25,255 nt of DNA, from IMG/VR virus record IMGVR_UViG_3300025674_000355, positions 1-25,255 of that record. One strand, 5' to 3'. Under the pieces are notes generated by a model that worked only from the letters and a program-made list of their open reading frames with translations, did not search any database and was not told where the DNA came from. The DNA is from a virus. Taxonomy: Duplodnaviria; Caudoviricetes. Each line of letters begins with the position of its first letter. The first letter of the stretch is position 1. Positions 1-8,877 of this stretch are shown here, one piece after another. Made by a program: the position numbers and the translations under genes.

Positions 1-2
1 AC

Positions 3-953
3 CATCTTGCGCTCGTCAAGGTACTCAGCGACGTTGGGATCTTGCGAGCAGGCCCACACCAGGCACCCATCAGGCGCATCACTGGTGGCTTCGCTGCGCA
101 GATCAAAGGCGCCAGCGCGAGTGTCAAACAGGCCAAAGAAGAGCACAGCGCTGCTGTTCGCCTGGTTGAAGGTCTCAACGATGGTGGCAGACTGGCCAAG
201 GGCAGCCGAGTTGATCAAGTTGTCAAAGACATAGGTCTTACAACCATGCAAGCTGCTGAAGCGGTTGATGAACTCAGCGCGCGGCATACCTGAAGCCACA
301 GCTGAGCCAGCGCCACCACCAGTGTAGGCAGGGTGCGTGGCAAGCACGCTGGCGACCTTGCCAGACATGTAGCAGCGCAGCTCCAGACCAGCAAAGTTGG
401 TGTAGGGGCGCAACAGCACCAGGTTGTCTTCAATGTCCTTGATCGGGTTCTGATCAGGGTAGTCTTCAGGCGTGTTCAGGCCATTGCCACTGGTGCCAAT
501 GGTGAAGTTTTGCCTGCTGAAGAGACTGGTGTTGACCATGGCAGCTGCAATGTCAGCATCATGGGCCTGGTACACCTTGGACAGCTGGATGGGCACAATG
601 TTGCGCTCCAAGTCAGCAAAGCGGTGCTCGAAGGTCTGGCCGCGTCGCAAGGGGCGTGGAAGGTCCAGCGTAGAGCGGATACGCACAGTGAACTCCACAG
701 CGCTCTCAAGCAGGGTGCCAGCGCTGGGTGGGTCGATGCCAGGGGACCAATCGCGCAGATTGGTGCCTTCCATCAAGGCATTGGACAGCGCAGCCAGATC
801 ATAGCTGGTGGTGTTGGAGCGCCCTGTCTCTTTGTCCAAGCACAGGGCTTTAGGCAGGGTGCTGATGGCGAACTTTTCCAGATTGCTCTGAACAAAAGAT
901 TCGCTGACTCGATTGATGTCGACATCAGTGACGACGTATGAAGGGGTTGCCAT
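3..953 (-). CDS. Major capsid protein (HK97 fold, lambda gpE-like), 3' truncated at window edge
   Basis: Not in the ORF track. Manual translation from ATG 953 gives MATPSYVVTDVDINRVSESFVQSNLEKFAISTLPKALC...DYPDQNPIKDIEDNLVLLRP...EYLDERKM, open to the edge. AGGAG RBS at 967-963. Lies after protease and decoration genes; the 'D-x-NPIKDI' segment resembles gpE-family capsids. Confidence 0.8.
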   Translation of the reverse strand, partial: MATPSYVVTDVDINRVSESFVQSNLEKFAISTLPKALCLDKETGRSNTTSYDLAALSNALMEGTNLRDWSPGIDPPSAGTLLESAVEFTVRIRSTLDLPRPLRRGQTFEHRFADLERNIVPIQLSKVYQAHDADIAAAMVNTSLFSRQNFTIGTSGNGLNTPEDYPDQNPIKDIEDNLVLLRPYTNFAGLELRCYMSGKVASVLATHPAYTGGGAGSAVASGMPRAEFINRFSSLHGCKTYVFDNLINSAALGQSATIVETFNQANSSAVLFFGLFDTRAGAFDLRSEATSDAPDGCLVWACSQDPNVAEYLDERKM

Positions 954-968
954 GGTTCATATCTCCTA

Positions 969-1358
969 TCAGGCTTTCACATTGCCTTTGTAGCTGTGAA
1001 GGTAAACACGGGCACGGTCACCACTGACAGTGGCAGACACAGCGCCATCCACAGGCTCAGGCGCATAGAAGCCAATGATCAGATCGCCAGTGATCGCACT
1101 GGCAGCAACAGCTTCACCACTGGCATTGGTGGTGATGTCAGCATAGGGGTCAACAGCCCCACCAAAGTTGACAAGGGTAAACCCTTCAACAGCCACCAGG
1201 GCTTCACCACTGGCAGCTGGCGCGTTCTGAACCACGCCAAGGGCCTGCACAGTGCTGACTGAAGCTTCGTCAAGCACGCCAGCGTTGTTGACCACAATGG
1301 TGTAGGCAGTGAGCGCGCTGGCGCCAGCCTTGCCAAGAATCGTCTTCTGCTCAGACAT
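969..1358 (-). CDS. Head decoration/cement protein (DUF2190-like)
   Basis: 129 aa, Gly/Ala/Val-rich (ALGVVQNAPAASGEALVAVEG; ITTNASGEAVAA), between protease and capsid. GAGGAG RBS favours ATG 1358. Confidence 0.7.
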   Translation of the reverse strand: MSEQKTILGKAGASALTAYTIVVNNAGVLDEASVSTVQALGVVQNAPAASGEALVAVEGFTLVNFGGAVDPYADITTNASGEAVAASAITGDLIIGFYAPEPVDGAVSATVSGDRARVYLHSYKGNVKA

Positions 1359-1369
1359 CTTCAATCTCC

Positions 1370-2464
1370 TCAGGCTCGCGCAAGCGCTGCCTTCTTCAGT
1401 TCTTTGTAAATGGCATTCGCCTTGATCTGATCACCCTCAGCCATCTGCACAGCCTTGGCATTGAGATCAGCATCACTCAGTGTGGGGTCTTCATCGACGA
1501 TGGGGGCGCTGGCCTCAGACAGGCGCACAGCCCATGGGTTCATGGGGGCTGGCTCAAGCTTGCGCTGCGCTGGCGCAGTGTCCTTTGGGGTGGCTTCAGC
1601 CAGGATGGCACCAACGCGATCTTTATCAGCGCGCCAGACGTTGAAGACCACTTCAGCAAGCTCAGCAGTCCAGATCAGGCTCTGGGGCTGAATCTGGGTG
1701 AAGATGGCTTTGTCTCGCTCAGCTTGCAGCTGGTCACGCTCAGCGCGCAGCTTGGCGATCTCTTCAGACATCTCAGGCGCTGGCACAATCTCAGCCACAG
1801 GCTCTTCATCTTCGCCAGCTTCCATCATGGCAGCTTCCATCAAAGATTTTAGCTCCATCATCTCAGCCATCTGGCCAGCCAGCTTGCCAACCACGGCTTC
1901 AAGCTGGCTCAGTCGATCTTCCTCAGGCTTTGCTTCATCAGCAAGCTCAGCCTTCTCTTTGTCATAATGCTCAGGCATCTCAACCCTCTCTTCTGCGCCT
2001 AGCACATGTGTGTCACCAGGCTTTAAGTGCTTCTGATGTGGCGCTGCCACCAACGAGACCTCGCGCAATGCAAAGTCATATGTATTGCCTCTATCATCTT
2101 CGATAGGGCCAAAGCTTGGCGAGACATACTTGATCTGTCCACGCTTCAGCTTGTCTTCTGCCTCAGGGTCTGCAAAGGCCACAGCAGCGATGAGACTGTC
2201 AACACCATCAATGCTGTGGCGCCTGAGCGCCAGCACATCACCATGGCGCTCACCATCCCTGTCATGCTCCCTGAGCATGGGCGCTGTGTAATCGCCTTTG
2301 GCCAGCTTGCGATACTCAGCCACCCTGTCTTCAATCCAGCTGCCATCCACATCAAACTGGCGCCCTTGGTAGACAAAGCCAGGGGCCTGAGCGATCACCA
2401 CCCACTTCACCAGGCGGTCAGCTGGATCTTTTGGCTTTGGTGGCAGGCCATTGAGTGTCAACAC
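1370..2464 (-). CDS. Prohead protease/scaffold (Mu gpI-like)
   Basis: PMLREHD (His), IKYVSPSF (Ser) and LREVSLVAAPH motifs, followed by an acidic coiled-coil scaffold. Start moved to GTG 2464, just after the upstream stop at 2476. Confidence 0.85.
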   Translation of the reverse strand: MLTLNGLPPKPKDPADRLVKWVVIAQAPGFVYQGRQFDVDGSWIEDRVAEYRKLAKGDYTAPMLREHDRDGERHGDVLALRRHSIDGVDSLIAAVAFADPEAEDKLKRGQIKYVSPSFGPIEDDRGNTYDFALREVSLVAAPHQKHLKPGDTHVLGAEERVEMPEHYDKEKAELADEAKPEEDRLSQLEAVVGKLAGQMAEMMELKSLMEAAMMEAGEDEEPVAEIVPAPEMSEEIAKLRAERDQLQAERDKAIFTQIQPQSLIWTAELAEVVFNVWRADKDRVGAILAEATPKDTAPAQRKLEPAPMNPWAVRLSEASAPIVDEDPTLSDADLNAKAVQMAEGDQIKANAIYKELKKAALARA

Positions 2465-2475
2465 AAGTCCCTGTC

Positions 2476-3411
2476 TCACTTGTCTGCCTCCATCTTGCGC
2501 AGCTGCTGAGCAGCCCATCTGGCCACTCGCTTGCCACGTCTGCCACCCCACAGGCCAAGGGCTTGCTTGGCCTTTGGCACATGGCCTTGCTCGTCTCTGG
2601 CTGGCGCTTTGTCTGCTGTGCCAGCTGCCCGATTGATATAATCACGCATCCTTTCAAGCGTCTCTTTGCTCAGTGGCCTGCCACCAGCAAGATCTCTGGC
2701 TCTGGCAATGCCCACAGGCGTGCCAGCGCGCTTGCTGGGTGGCGCCTCAGCCCTGGCTTTGAGCGCCCACTTGGCAGCGTTGCGCATCCATTGAGGGGGC
2801 TTTACTGACTCAGCCTGCCTGGTGCTTTGAGGGTGATCCTTTGGCAGCAAGTCAAGATCAGTGGTGTAAGACTTCTTACGCTGGCCAGTCTTCAGCAGCT
2901 TCAGGAAAGCATTGACCCTGCCCATGCTCCACTGATTGCGAGACATGCCAGGCCTGTGACTTGTTGAGAATGCGCCAGCGCCGCGACGATAGACAGCTTT
3001 CAGGGTGCCAATGTCCACAGCGCGCTTATTGCCTTTGAGCGCATCCACTTTGGCTCTCAGCGCCTTCTCGGTGGCCTTGTCGATCTTGATGCCACCCCTG
3101 GTGCCTGAGGCTGAGCCTCTGGGATTGCGCTTGCTGCCCTTGATGCGGTCTTCTTTGGGTGCTGGGGTCTGCGCCTGTGTGCGCCCATCACCAAGCTGCG
3201 CCAGCTGTGTGACCTTCTCATATGGGTAGAAGCGCTTTACAAGCCAGTGCAGATACTTGCCCTTGGACCTTGCAGCGAGCATGTATCTGAGGTTCTCAGC
3301 GGCGCCTTTGTAGTCATACACACCACCATTGCGAAAGATCACCCTGAGATCATCGCCAGACTTGCCAACCTGATCCACATTGCTGCTAGTGACTTTTGTC
3401 AATGGTGCCAT
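2476..3411 (-). CDS. Basic multi-domain protein: KTSC domain + DUF5824-like domain + phage head-associated 'GTPVGIARARDL' domain
   Basis: N-term VTSSNVDQVG...LRVIFRNGGVYDY...AARSKGKYL (KTSC); middle LKAVYRRGAGAFSTSHRPGMSRNQWSMGRVNAFL; C-term AGTPVGIARARDLAGGRPLSKETLERMRDY...LWGG. Confidence 0.7.
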   Translation of the reverse strand: MAPLTKVTSSNVDQVGKSGDDLRVIFRNGGVYDYKGAAENLRYMLAARSKGKYLHWLVKRFYPYEKVTQLAQLGDGRTQAQTPAPKEDRIKGSKRNPRGSASGTRGGIKIDKATEKALRAKVDALKGNKRAVDIGTLKAVYRRGAGAFSTSHRPGMSRNQWSMGRVNAFLKLLKTGQRKKSYTTDLDLLPKDHPQSTRQAESVKPPQWMRNAAKWALKARAEAPPSKRAGTPVGIARARDLAGGRPLSKETLERMRDYINRAAGTADKAPARDEQGHVPKAKQALGLWGGRRGKRVARWAAQQLRKMEADK

Positions 3412-3442
3412 GATGCCTCAAAACCGACTCATCAGTCTGTTT

Positions 3443-3483
3443 ATAATTAGGGGCGCTGATCGCTTGCGTCAAGCAGGGGCGCT
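3443..3483 (-). promoter_or_regulatory. Candidate internal promoter for the head genes
   Basis: Minus strand TTGACG (3472-3467), 17 nt, then TAATTATAAA. An AT-rich island in a GC-rich context, flanked by direct repeats AGCGCCCCT. Confidence 0.5.
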
Positions 3484-4899
3484 TCAGCCTTCTTCATCGA
3501 CAATGCCCATGGCCAAGTCATTTTCTTTGGCCAGCTGCGCTTGAATCTCAGGTGTGGGTGTCAGCAGGCCAGCATTCTTCAGCGTTGCAAGGGTGCTGGC
3601 GCGCTTGGCGTTGTCTTTCTCTTCAACCACAGCATGTGCCACATTGGGGGTGAAGACCATGCCAAGGCGCGCATCCATTGGGAAATTGAGAATGATGAAG
3701 CGTCGAAGCAGGCGCTCAGCTGCCCTGGCTGGCAAGTCAGCTAAGTAGTCATAGGCATCACGAGCTTCAGCGCTGGCATCTTGCCTGGCTGAATAGCTGC
3801 CTGTGCCTTGCAAGCTCATCAGCCTGTGGACATTGCCAAGGGCATGACCGATCTGCCTGTCTAGCGCGTCGATCTGTGGGCCCAGATCTGGGGTGGCGCT
3901 GGCAGGGCTGATGATCTGCAATTCATGGTCGCCTGGTGGCATGATGATGTGTGACACATGCTCAGCAGTTCTGTTGCCAAGCTCGTCATCAAGCTTGTCT
4001 TCAGCCTCAGTGGTCAAGGGGCGCTGTGGATCTTGCTTCACTGTCATAATGCCAAGGGCATTGACTTCAGTGGCCAGCGCCCACAGCTGCAAGGCTTTCT
4101 GCTTCATCTCAATCAGACGAGCACAGGCCCTGAGAATAGAGCGCCCTTCAAGATCGCCCTTTGAAGCTGGCATGAATGGCACATGAATCAGCTTTTCCCA
4201 TTGGATCACCTTGGAGCCAGGGCCTGCATTGCCAAAGGTATCAATCTGATCGAAGGTCTCTTGGACAATCGCCACCATGCCTGTATCAGGGTTGCCTTGA
4301 AACACCCACTCATCGACGCTCTTTGGCATGATGGTTAAGGGTATCTCAGGGATAAGGTAGGTTCTGACAGGCCCCTGAGGCAGCGCCAGCTGGCGTTCAA
4401 TGGCTGTGATCTCGCCAAGGTAGAAGCCACAGATCATGCTGAATTGCAGGATATCAGCGATCCAATCAGACCACACCCTGTCAAGGCCTGTGTCAGTCCA
4501 TGAAGCCCACACCAGGCTGGCATAATCATAGTGCCTGTCAAGCGCTGCCTGTGCAGCTGGGTTGCCCTTCAAGTGGCTTGGCAGCTGTGGCTTCTCAATG
4601 CGCCAAGGGGCGGCGCCGATGGCAGACACAGCGCCTTGGATGGCATCGCGCACCATGGGCTCAGTGGTGCTCAGGCGCCAGAACATGCCCACATCACCAG
4701 ATCTGCCCCTGGCATACACTGGCTTGAAGGCCTGTGTGTGTTCCAGGCGCTCTCTGCCAGCGCTGAAAGGCAGGCCAGACCTTGAAGCCCTGTGCAGCCA
4801 GTCTGATGGGCGCACTGTCAGTGACTGCCCTCTGTATGTGGCCACTGTAGAGCCATCTTCAGCCAGGCTCACAGCGATCTGTGTGTCAGTTGCTTTCAT
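3484..4899 (-). CDS. Portal protein (Mu gp29/DUF935-like)
   Basis: ~470 aa directly downstream of TerL; GDLEGRSILRAC, LDRQIGHALG and GTGSYSA motifs. Start is ATG 4899 (GGAG RBS) or GTG 4905/4908. Confidence 0.88.
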   Translation of the reverse strand: MKATDTQIAVSLAEDGSTVATYRGQSLTVRPSDWLHRASRSGLPFSAGRERLEHTQAFKPVYARGRSGDVGMFWRLSTTEPMVRDAIQGAVSAIGAAPWRIEKPQLPSHLKGNPAAQAALDRHYDYASLVWASWTDTGLDRVWSDWIADILQFSMICGFYLGEITAIERQLALPQGPVRTYLIPEIPLTIMPKSVDEWVFQGNPDTGMVAIVQETFDQIDTFGNAGPGSKVIQWEKLIHVPFMPASKGDLEGRSILRACARLIEMKQKALQLWALATEVNALGIMTVKQDPQRPLTTEAEDKLDDELGNRTAEHVSHIIMPPGDHELQIISPASATPDLGPQIDALDRQIGHALGNVHRLMSLQGTGSYSARQDASAEARDAYDYLADLPARAAERLLRRFIILNFPMDARLGMVFTPNVAHAVVEEKDNAKRASTLATLKNAGLLTPTPEIQAQLAKENDLAMGIVDEEG

Positions 4900-4901
4900 C
4901 G

Positions 4902-6107
4902 TCACCACTCCACTTTTCGCTTGCCTGCCTGTGTGCGAGACCTGCCAACTTTGATGCGAGCTCCAATGGAGCCCACAGTCATCGCCAGCGCCCCTGAGGC
5001 AGCGTCTATCAAGTCATCATGCTTGACATCAGGAAAGGCCACAGCCTGCCCTATCAAGTCTTCTGTGTACGCGCCAGCCATCAGCATGACCTTGCCACGC
5101 TCAGCCCTTGCAGCCAAAGGCGCAGCCCTGGTGGCTTTGTCCCTTGAAGGCTTTATAGAGCGCATTGCCACATGGGCAAGCTCAGGCGCCTGCAAAAGCT
5201 CAGCATGGGCAATCTCAAAGCCTGCGATGGTCTCAATGCCCACTTCAGTGTCTGGCTCAGATCTGGCTGTGTCAATAATGCGCTTCTTCACTTCAGGCCA
5301 GCTGGCTCTACCCTGCCACAGCCCATCGATGAAGACCCTGGCATCATCAGTGACTGTGACCCTGGCAGTGGCTGTGAAGTCTGCGCTGGCCTTGGTAGAC
5401 ACAGCGAGATCCCAAAAGCGATACCTCAGGCCCTTGTGAGCATCTGGCAGTGAGCCAGTAAAGACAGGCAGCCAGTCACGCTTGAAGAGACCCCCGGCCA
5501 TGTCAATGAATTGGCCTTCAAGCTCCTGCTGTGCAAGCTCCGTGGTGTACCGGCCACTTACAAAATCATAGAAGTCATCAGGCAGGGCTGTGTTGTCTTT
5601 CGTCGATGCAAAGTGTGTGGCTGTGCCTTCATCCTGGCTGAGCTTGTGCAGCCAGTTGAAACCTTTGGGAGTGCTCGTCATCCATATGCGCCCTGGCTTC
5701 AAGCGCAAGCGCCCCACCAGTATTTCAAAGGCCTCAGGTGTCTTGATCATGGCAGCTTCATCAATCCAGATGGCGCCCAGATTGGGACCACGCAGCCTGT
5801 CTGGCTCAGTGGCAGTGCGCCACAATATCTCAGTGCCATTGATCAGATGCGTGACGAGATCAGCGCGCCTGTGGCTTCTGACTAAGGGCCTGGCAGACTC
5901 CATGAAGGCTGGCAGTGTGGCGTCTTTCAAGACTCGATAAGTGGGCGCCACCACCATGACCCTTGTGCCTGGTGGCTGGCGCAACAGCTCCACAGCGCCT
6001 GCCCATGTCTTGCCTGAGCCAATGCCACCCACAAACAGGCGCACCCTTGAAGGGTCGCACATGAAGGCGCGCTGAATCCTGTGGGGCTTGCAGATGAACT
6101 GTGCCAT
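4902..6107 (-). CDS. terL: Terminase large subunit
   Basis: Walker A GGIGSGKT, Walker B IWIDEA, TSTP coupling motif, RNase H-like nuclease motifs FWDLA...HDDLIDA. Confidence 0.96.
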   Translation of the reverse strand: MAQFICKPHRIQRAFMCDPSRVRLFVGGIGSGKTWAGAVELLRQPPGTRVMVVAPTYRVLKDATLPAFMESARPLVRSHRRADLVTHLINGTEILWRTATEPDRLRGPNLGAIWIDEAAMIKTPEAFEILVGRLRLKPGRIWMTSTPKGFNWLHKLSQDEGTATHFASTKDNTALPDDFYDFVSGRYTTELAQQELEGQFIDMAGGLFKRDWLPVFTGSLPDAHKGLRYRFWDLAVSTKASADFTATARVTVTDDARVFIDGLWQGRASWPEVKKRIIDTARSEPDTEVGIETIAGFEIAHAELLQAPELAHVAMRSIKPSRDKATRAAPLAARAERGKVMLMAGAYTEDLIGQAVAFPDVKHDDLIDAASGALAMTVGSIGARIKVGRSRTQAGKRKVEW

Positions 6108-6484
6108 CAGTCATCACCCACCAGATTCACAATGATCTCCTCATCAGCATTGGCCTCAGGCTGGCGCATCGCCCATGTCTCAGGCCAGCGACGCTCTAAC
6201 AGCCAGGCCCATCTCTGCCAGCCTTTGGCCTTCTGAGCATCTTCTTCAGCAATGCGCGCTGCAAGGATCTGCTGAGCCTCAGCCTCAGCCTTTTTCAGGG
6301 CTAGAAGAAAGTCATGATAGATGCCATCAGGCTCTGAGCGCCCCCTTGACATCCATGTGTCAAGGGTTCTGTGGGTGATGCCTGCCAGCGTGGCTGCTGT
6401 CACATATGGCAAACAGTTGCGCACAGCATCACAGATGATCTTCTGGGTCTTGTCATTTAGCTTTGTGGGTCTGCCCTTTGGCAT
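6107..6484 (-). CDS. terS: Terminase small subunit
   Basis: MPKGRPTKL start, HTH (TAATLAGITHRTLDTW), W..WAWLLERRWPE motif; 1-nt overlap with TerL. Confidence 0.8.
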   Translation of the reverse strand: MPKGRPTKLNDKTQKIICDAVRNCLPYVTAATLAGITHRTLDTWMSRGRSEPDGIYHDFLLALKKAEAEAQQILAARIAEEDAQKAKGWQRWAWLLERRWPETWAMRQPEANADEEIIVNLVGDD

Positions 6485-6533
6485 CGCTCAGCCCCTCTGC
6501 CTGTCTGGCCAATATATGCGCATCATCACCCCT

Positions 6534-7580
6534 TCAAGCAAACAGGGTCTGTTGCGCGCTGGCTTGCTGGATACAATGGGGTGATAGCCACAGGCGATCT
6601 CTGTGCATCTGGGTGGTGGCGCCATACCCACCCTTAAAACAACTTTCAGCAACATTTTGAAACCAATCCACCACAACCCAGCCAGCATCTTCAAGCGCCT
6701 GGTGCTCTACCTCAAAGCCAGCAAGCACAATTCTCAGCCTTGGATCATCGCCATGTTCAAGCGCCCACTTGCCCACATCGCCAGCGATTGTGCTTGAATC
6801 ATGGTTGTAGACATCAGACACACCATCAGCCCCATACGGTGGATCTAAGAAGACCCCACACACACCACCCATACGCACCTTAATGGTGTGTGTGCTGCCC
6901 TTGGTGCATATCCTTGACCAATCGCCATTCAAGATGCGCACATGGCGCAAGCGAGCACACAGCGCCTTCATCCACTTGACGAGCTTTGGCATGGTCATGG
7001 GGTGTGGCTCGCCAAGTCCTGGCTCTCTCATATTGCCAAGCAACACACCCCTGCCATCATGGCCATTAAAGGGCTTTCCACGCACCACACCCCTGCCTGT
7101 CTTTGATTGCTTCACCAGCCTGCCATCTTCATCAGCGATCCATGCACCCTTGCCTGAACACCAGCCAGCGCCTATCCAGCAACACAGACCCCACACCCAC
7201 CAGCCAGCGATGCGAGCATCATAGAAGGCAGCATCACCCATCAGCCTCAACAGCATCTCGTCAGTGCGCCACTTCAAGATGCCAAGATGCCTGGCATGAA
7301 GATCTGCCTCTGCCACAGGCCAGCTGGCGTGCTCAGCCACAGCTTCAGGATCAGCCTGCACAGCGCGCCAGAAATTCACCAGCAAGCCATCAGCGTCATT
7401 GACTGTTTCACTGTGATAGGGGCGATTGGCTTTGTGTGGGCGCCTGAGAAGCACAGCCAGCGAGCCAGCAAAGGGCTCCACATAGTGATCCACATCACCA
7501 AGCGCAGACCACACAGCCTCAGCTGCCCTTGACTTGCCACCAAACCATGGGAAAGGTGCTTTGATATCAAACTGTGTCAT
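6534..7580 (-). CDS. D12-class N6-adenine DNA methyltransferase (Dam-like)
   Basis: APFPWFGGKS, YVEPFAGS (SAM binding), ETVND, and catalytic FLDPPY. Confidence 0.92.
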   Translation of the reverse strand: MTQFDIKAPFPWFGGKSRAAEAVWSALGDVDHYVEPFAGSLAVLLRRPHKANRPYHSETVNDADGLLVNFWRAVQADPEAVAEHASWPVAEADLHARHLGILKWRTDEMLLRLMGDAAFYDARIAGWWVWGLCCWIGAGWCSGKGAWIADEDGRLVKQSKTGRGVVRGKPFNGHDGRGVLLGNMREPGLGEPHPMTMPKLVKWMKALCARLRHVRILNGDWSRICTKGSTHTIKVRMGGVCGVFLDPPYGADGVSDVYNHDSSTIAGDVGKWALEHGDDPRLRIVLAGFEVEHQALEDAGWVVVDWFQNVAESCFKGGYGATTQMHRDRLWLSPHCIQQASAQQTLFA

Positions 7581-8241
7581 GCTTCACCCCCTTGATCCAT
7601 GGTCGCTGCCTTGTGAGATTTGATGTGGCTGTGACAAGCCTGAGCTTGGCAGCTGCTTTGTGGTATGCCTGCCATGACTCAGCCAGCGCCCTATCAGCCA
7701 GCGTGGCTTGCCACTGGCCTTTGACAATGGCCAGCGCATCCACCACCAGGCCCTGGCTTGACAGCCAGTCAAGCGCCACCAGCACAAAGGGCCTGGCATG
7801 ATCCACATGCACTGCTGAGCCTGCCAATGGCGCGCCTGAGATGGCACACACTGTGGCAGCGCTCTGAGCCCTGAAGTCTTCAATCTGTGGCCTGATCTCA
7901 GCGCGCAGCGCATCAAGCACTTCAGTGCGCTTGCTGGGTGGCGTGATGCACTTGATATAGCTCCAATCAATCAAGCTGCCATCTTGCCTGAGCGCCCAGA
8001 AGCAATTGAGCCTGGCTGTGTTGCGTGGGTGCTGTGATGGCGCCACCACAATGCCAGCCAGGCCAGCGCCCACCTTATCAAGCAGCTGGGGGTGATGCGC
8101 CAGCACATCAGACACAAAGCGCTGTGACCTGCCTTTGAGTTTTGTTGGCACCCTGGCTGCGCTCAGAATCTTCCTGCAATCGGCTGTCACAGCCTTCTTT
8201 GTGGTGTAAAGCCTGTCACCAAGCACCACTGGCATCTTCAT
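7567..8241 (-). CDS. DCL/DUF3223-family domain fused to a putative His-Me (HNH-like) nuclease
   Basis: HHPQLLDKVGAGLAGIVV...CFWALRQDGSLIDWSYIKCI matches the DCL signature (HP...K.G.G...CF...R.DG...DFSY.KC). C-term CAISG...VHVDHARPF...W..YH...LRLVTATSNL. Confidence 0.75.
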   Translation of the reverse strand: MKMPVVLGDRLYTTKKAVTADCRKILSAARVPTKLKGRSQRFVSDVLAHHPQLLDKVGAGLAGIVVAPSQHPRNTARLNCFWALRQDGSLIDWSYIKCITPPSKRTEVLDALRAEIRPQIEDFRAQSAATVCAISGAPLAGSAVHVDHARPFVLVALDWLSSQGLVVDALAIVKGQWQATLADRALAESWQAYHKAAAKLRLVTATSNLTRQRPWIKGVKHDTV

Positions 8242-8444
8242 GCTTCACCCCCTCTGCGCTGGCGCCAGCGCGCTTGCTCAATCCTGATGTTTCCCTTGGC
8301 GATCAGCACCACCACCAGGCCAGCCACACCAATACCAATCCCTGTCCACAGGCAGACCCTGCCAGCTGAGCCAGCCAGCGCGCTTGCATCGCTGGCGAGC
8401 CCATTGCCAATTTTCGCAATGCGTCTGATCTTTTCGCAATTCAT
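8238..8444 (-). CDS. Small membrane protein
   Basis: 68 aa with one hydrophobic stretch (LWTGIGIGVAGLVVVLIA); ATGA overlaps at both ends. Confidence 0.6.
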   Translation of the reverse strand: MNCEKIRRIAKIGNGLASDASALAGSAGRVCLWTGIGIGVAGLVVVLIAKGNIRIEQARWRQRRGGEA

Positions 8445-8644
8445 CGCACACCACCACCAGGCTGAGCCTCTATCAAGGCCTGTGTCAGATCAGCCAGACG
8501 ACGATGGCAGCGCCATTGGTTAAAGAAGGCCTGCCTAGCTTGCCTGGCTTCATCCTCAGTGGTGGCTTGCTTGCTGAGCTTGCGCACTGTCTGAAGATCT
8601 CTTCTGGCCTGGCTGATGGCTTTGATGGTCATGACTTCAATCAT
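8441..8644 (-). CDS. Hypothetical protein
   Basis: 67 aa helical ORF with ATGA overlaps to both neighbours. Confidence 0.6.
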   Translation of the reverse strand: MIEVMTIKAISQARRDLQTVRKLSKQATTEDEARQARQAFFNQWRCHRRLADLTQALIEAQPGGGVR

Positions 8645-8877
8645 TGCAGCCCCTCAGCCCTGTCAGCAGCATCACTGAGCACTTTGGCAAGCTGGCGCGC
8701 CTGATCTGGTGTCATTGAAGCGCTAGCATGCACCAGAATGCGCGCGCTGGGGTGGTCTTGATTGTAAATGCTGGCTGATACAAACCCACCATCAAGGCCT
8801 GCCATGTTCCATGTGCCTGAGTCATCAGGGCCGACGATGAATTTCCCTGGCTGCTGTGTCCATTGCTTCTTACTCAT
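8641..8877 (-). CDS. Hypothetical protein
   Basis: MSKKQW... start at 8877 overlaps the DnaB stop; ends MTPDQARQLAKVLSDAADRAE. Confidence 0.65.
   Translation of the reverse strand: MSKKQWTQQPGKFIVGPDDSGTWNMAGLDGGFVSASIYNQDHPSARILVHASASMTPDQARQLAKVLSDAADRAEGLQ

Noticed and set aside
333-941. + strand 202-aa ORF and other long antisense ORFs (e.g. 18847-19776, 4921-5439)
   Set aside because: Shadows of well-supported minus-strand genes in GC-rich DNA; no motifs recognised.
3418-3437. CTGATGAG on the minus strand (and CTGAAGAG at 14303) resembling a hammerhead ribozyme core
   Set aside because: No GAAA after stem II and no stems I/III identifiable.
4959-4976. CAATGGAGCCCA match to the leader motif (also CAATGGAGCC near 20784)
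   Set aside because: Lies antisense within coding genes and lacks the GGGC arm, promoter and RBS context; likely chance.
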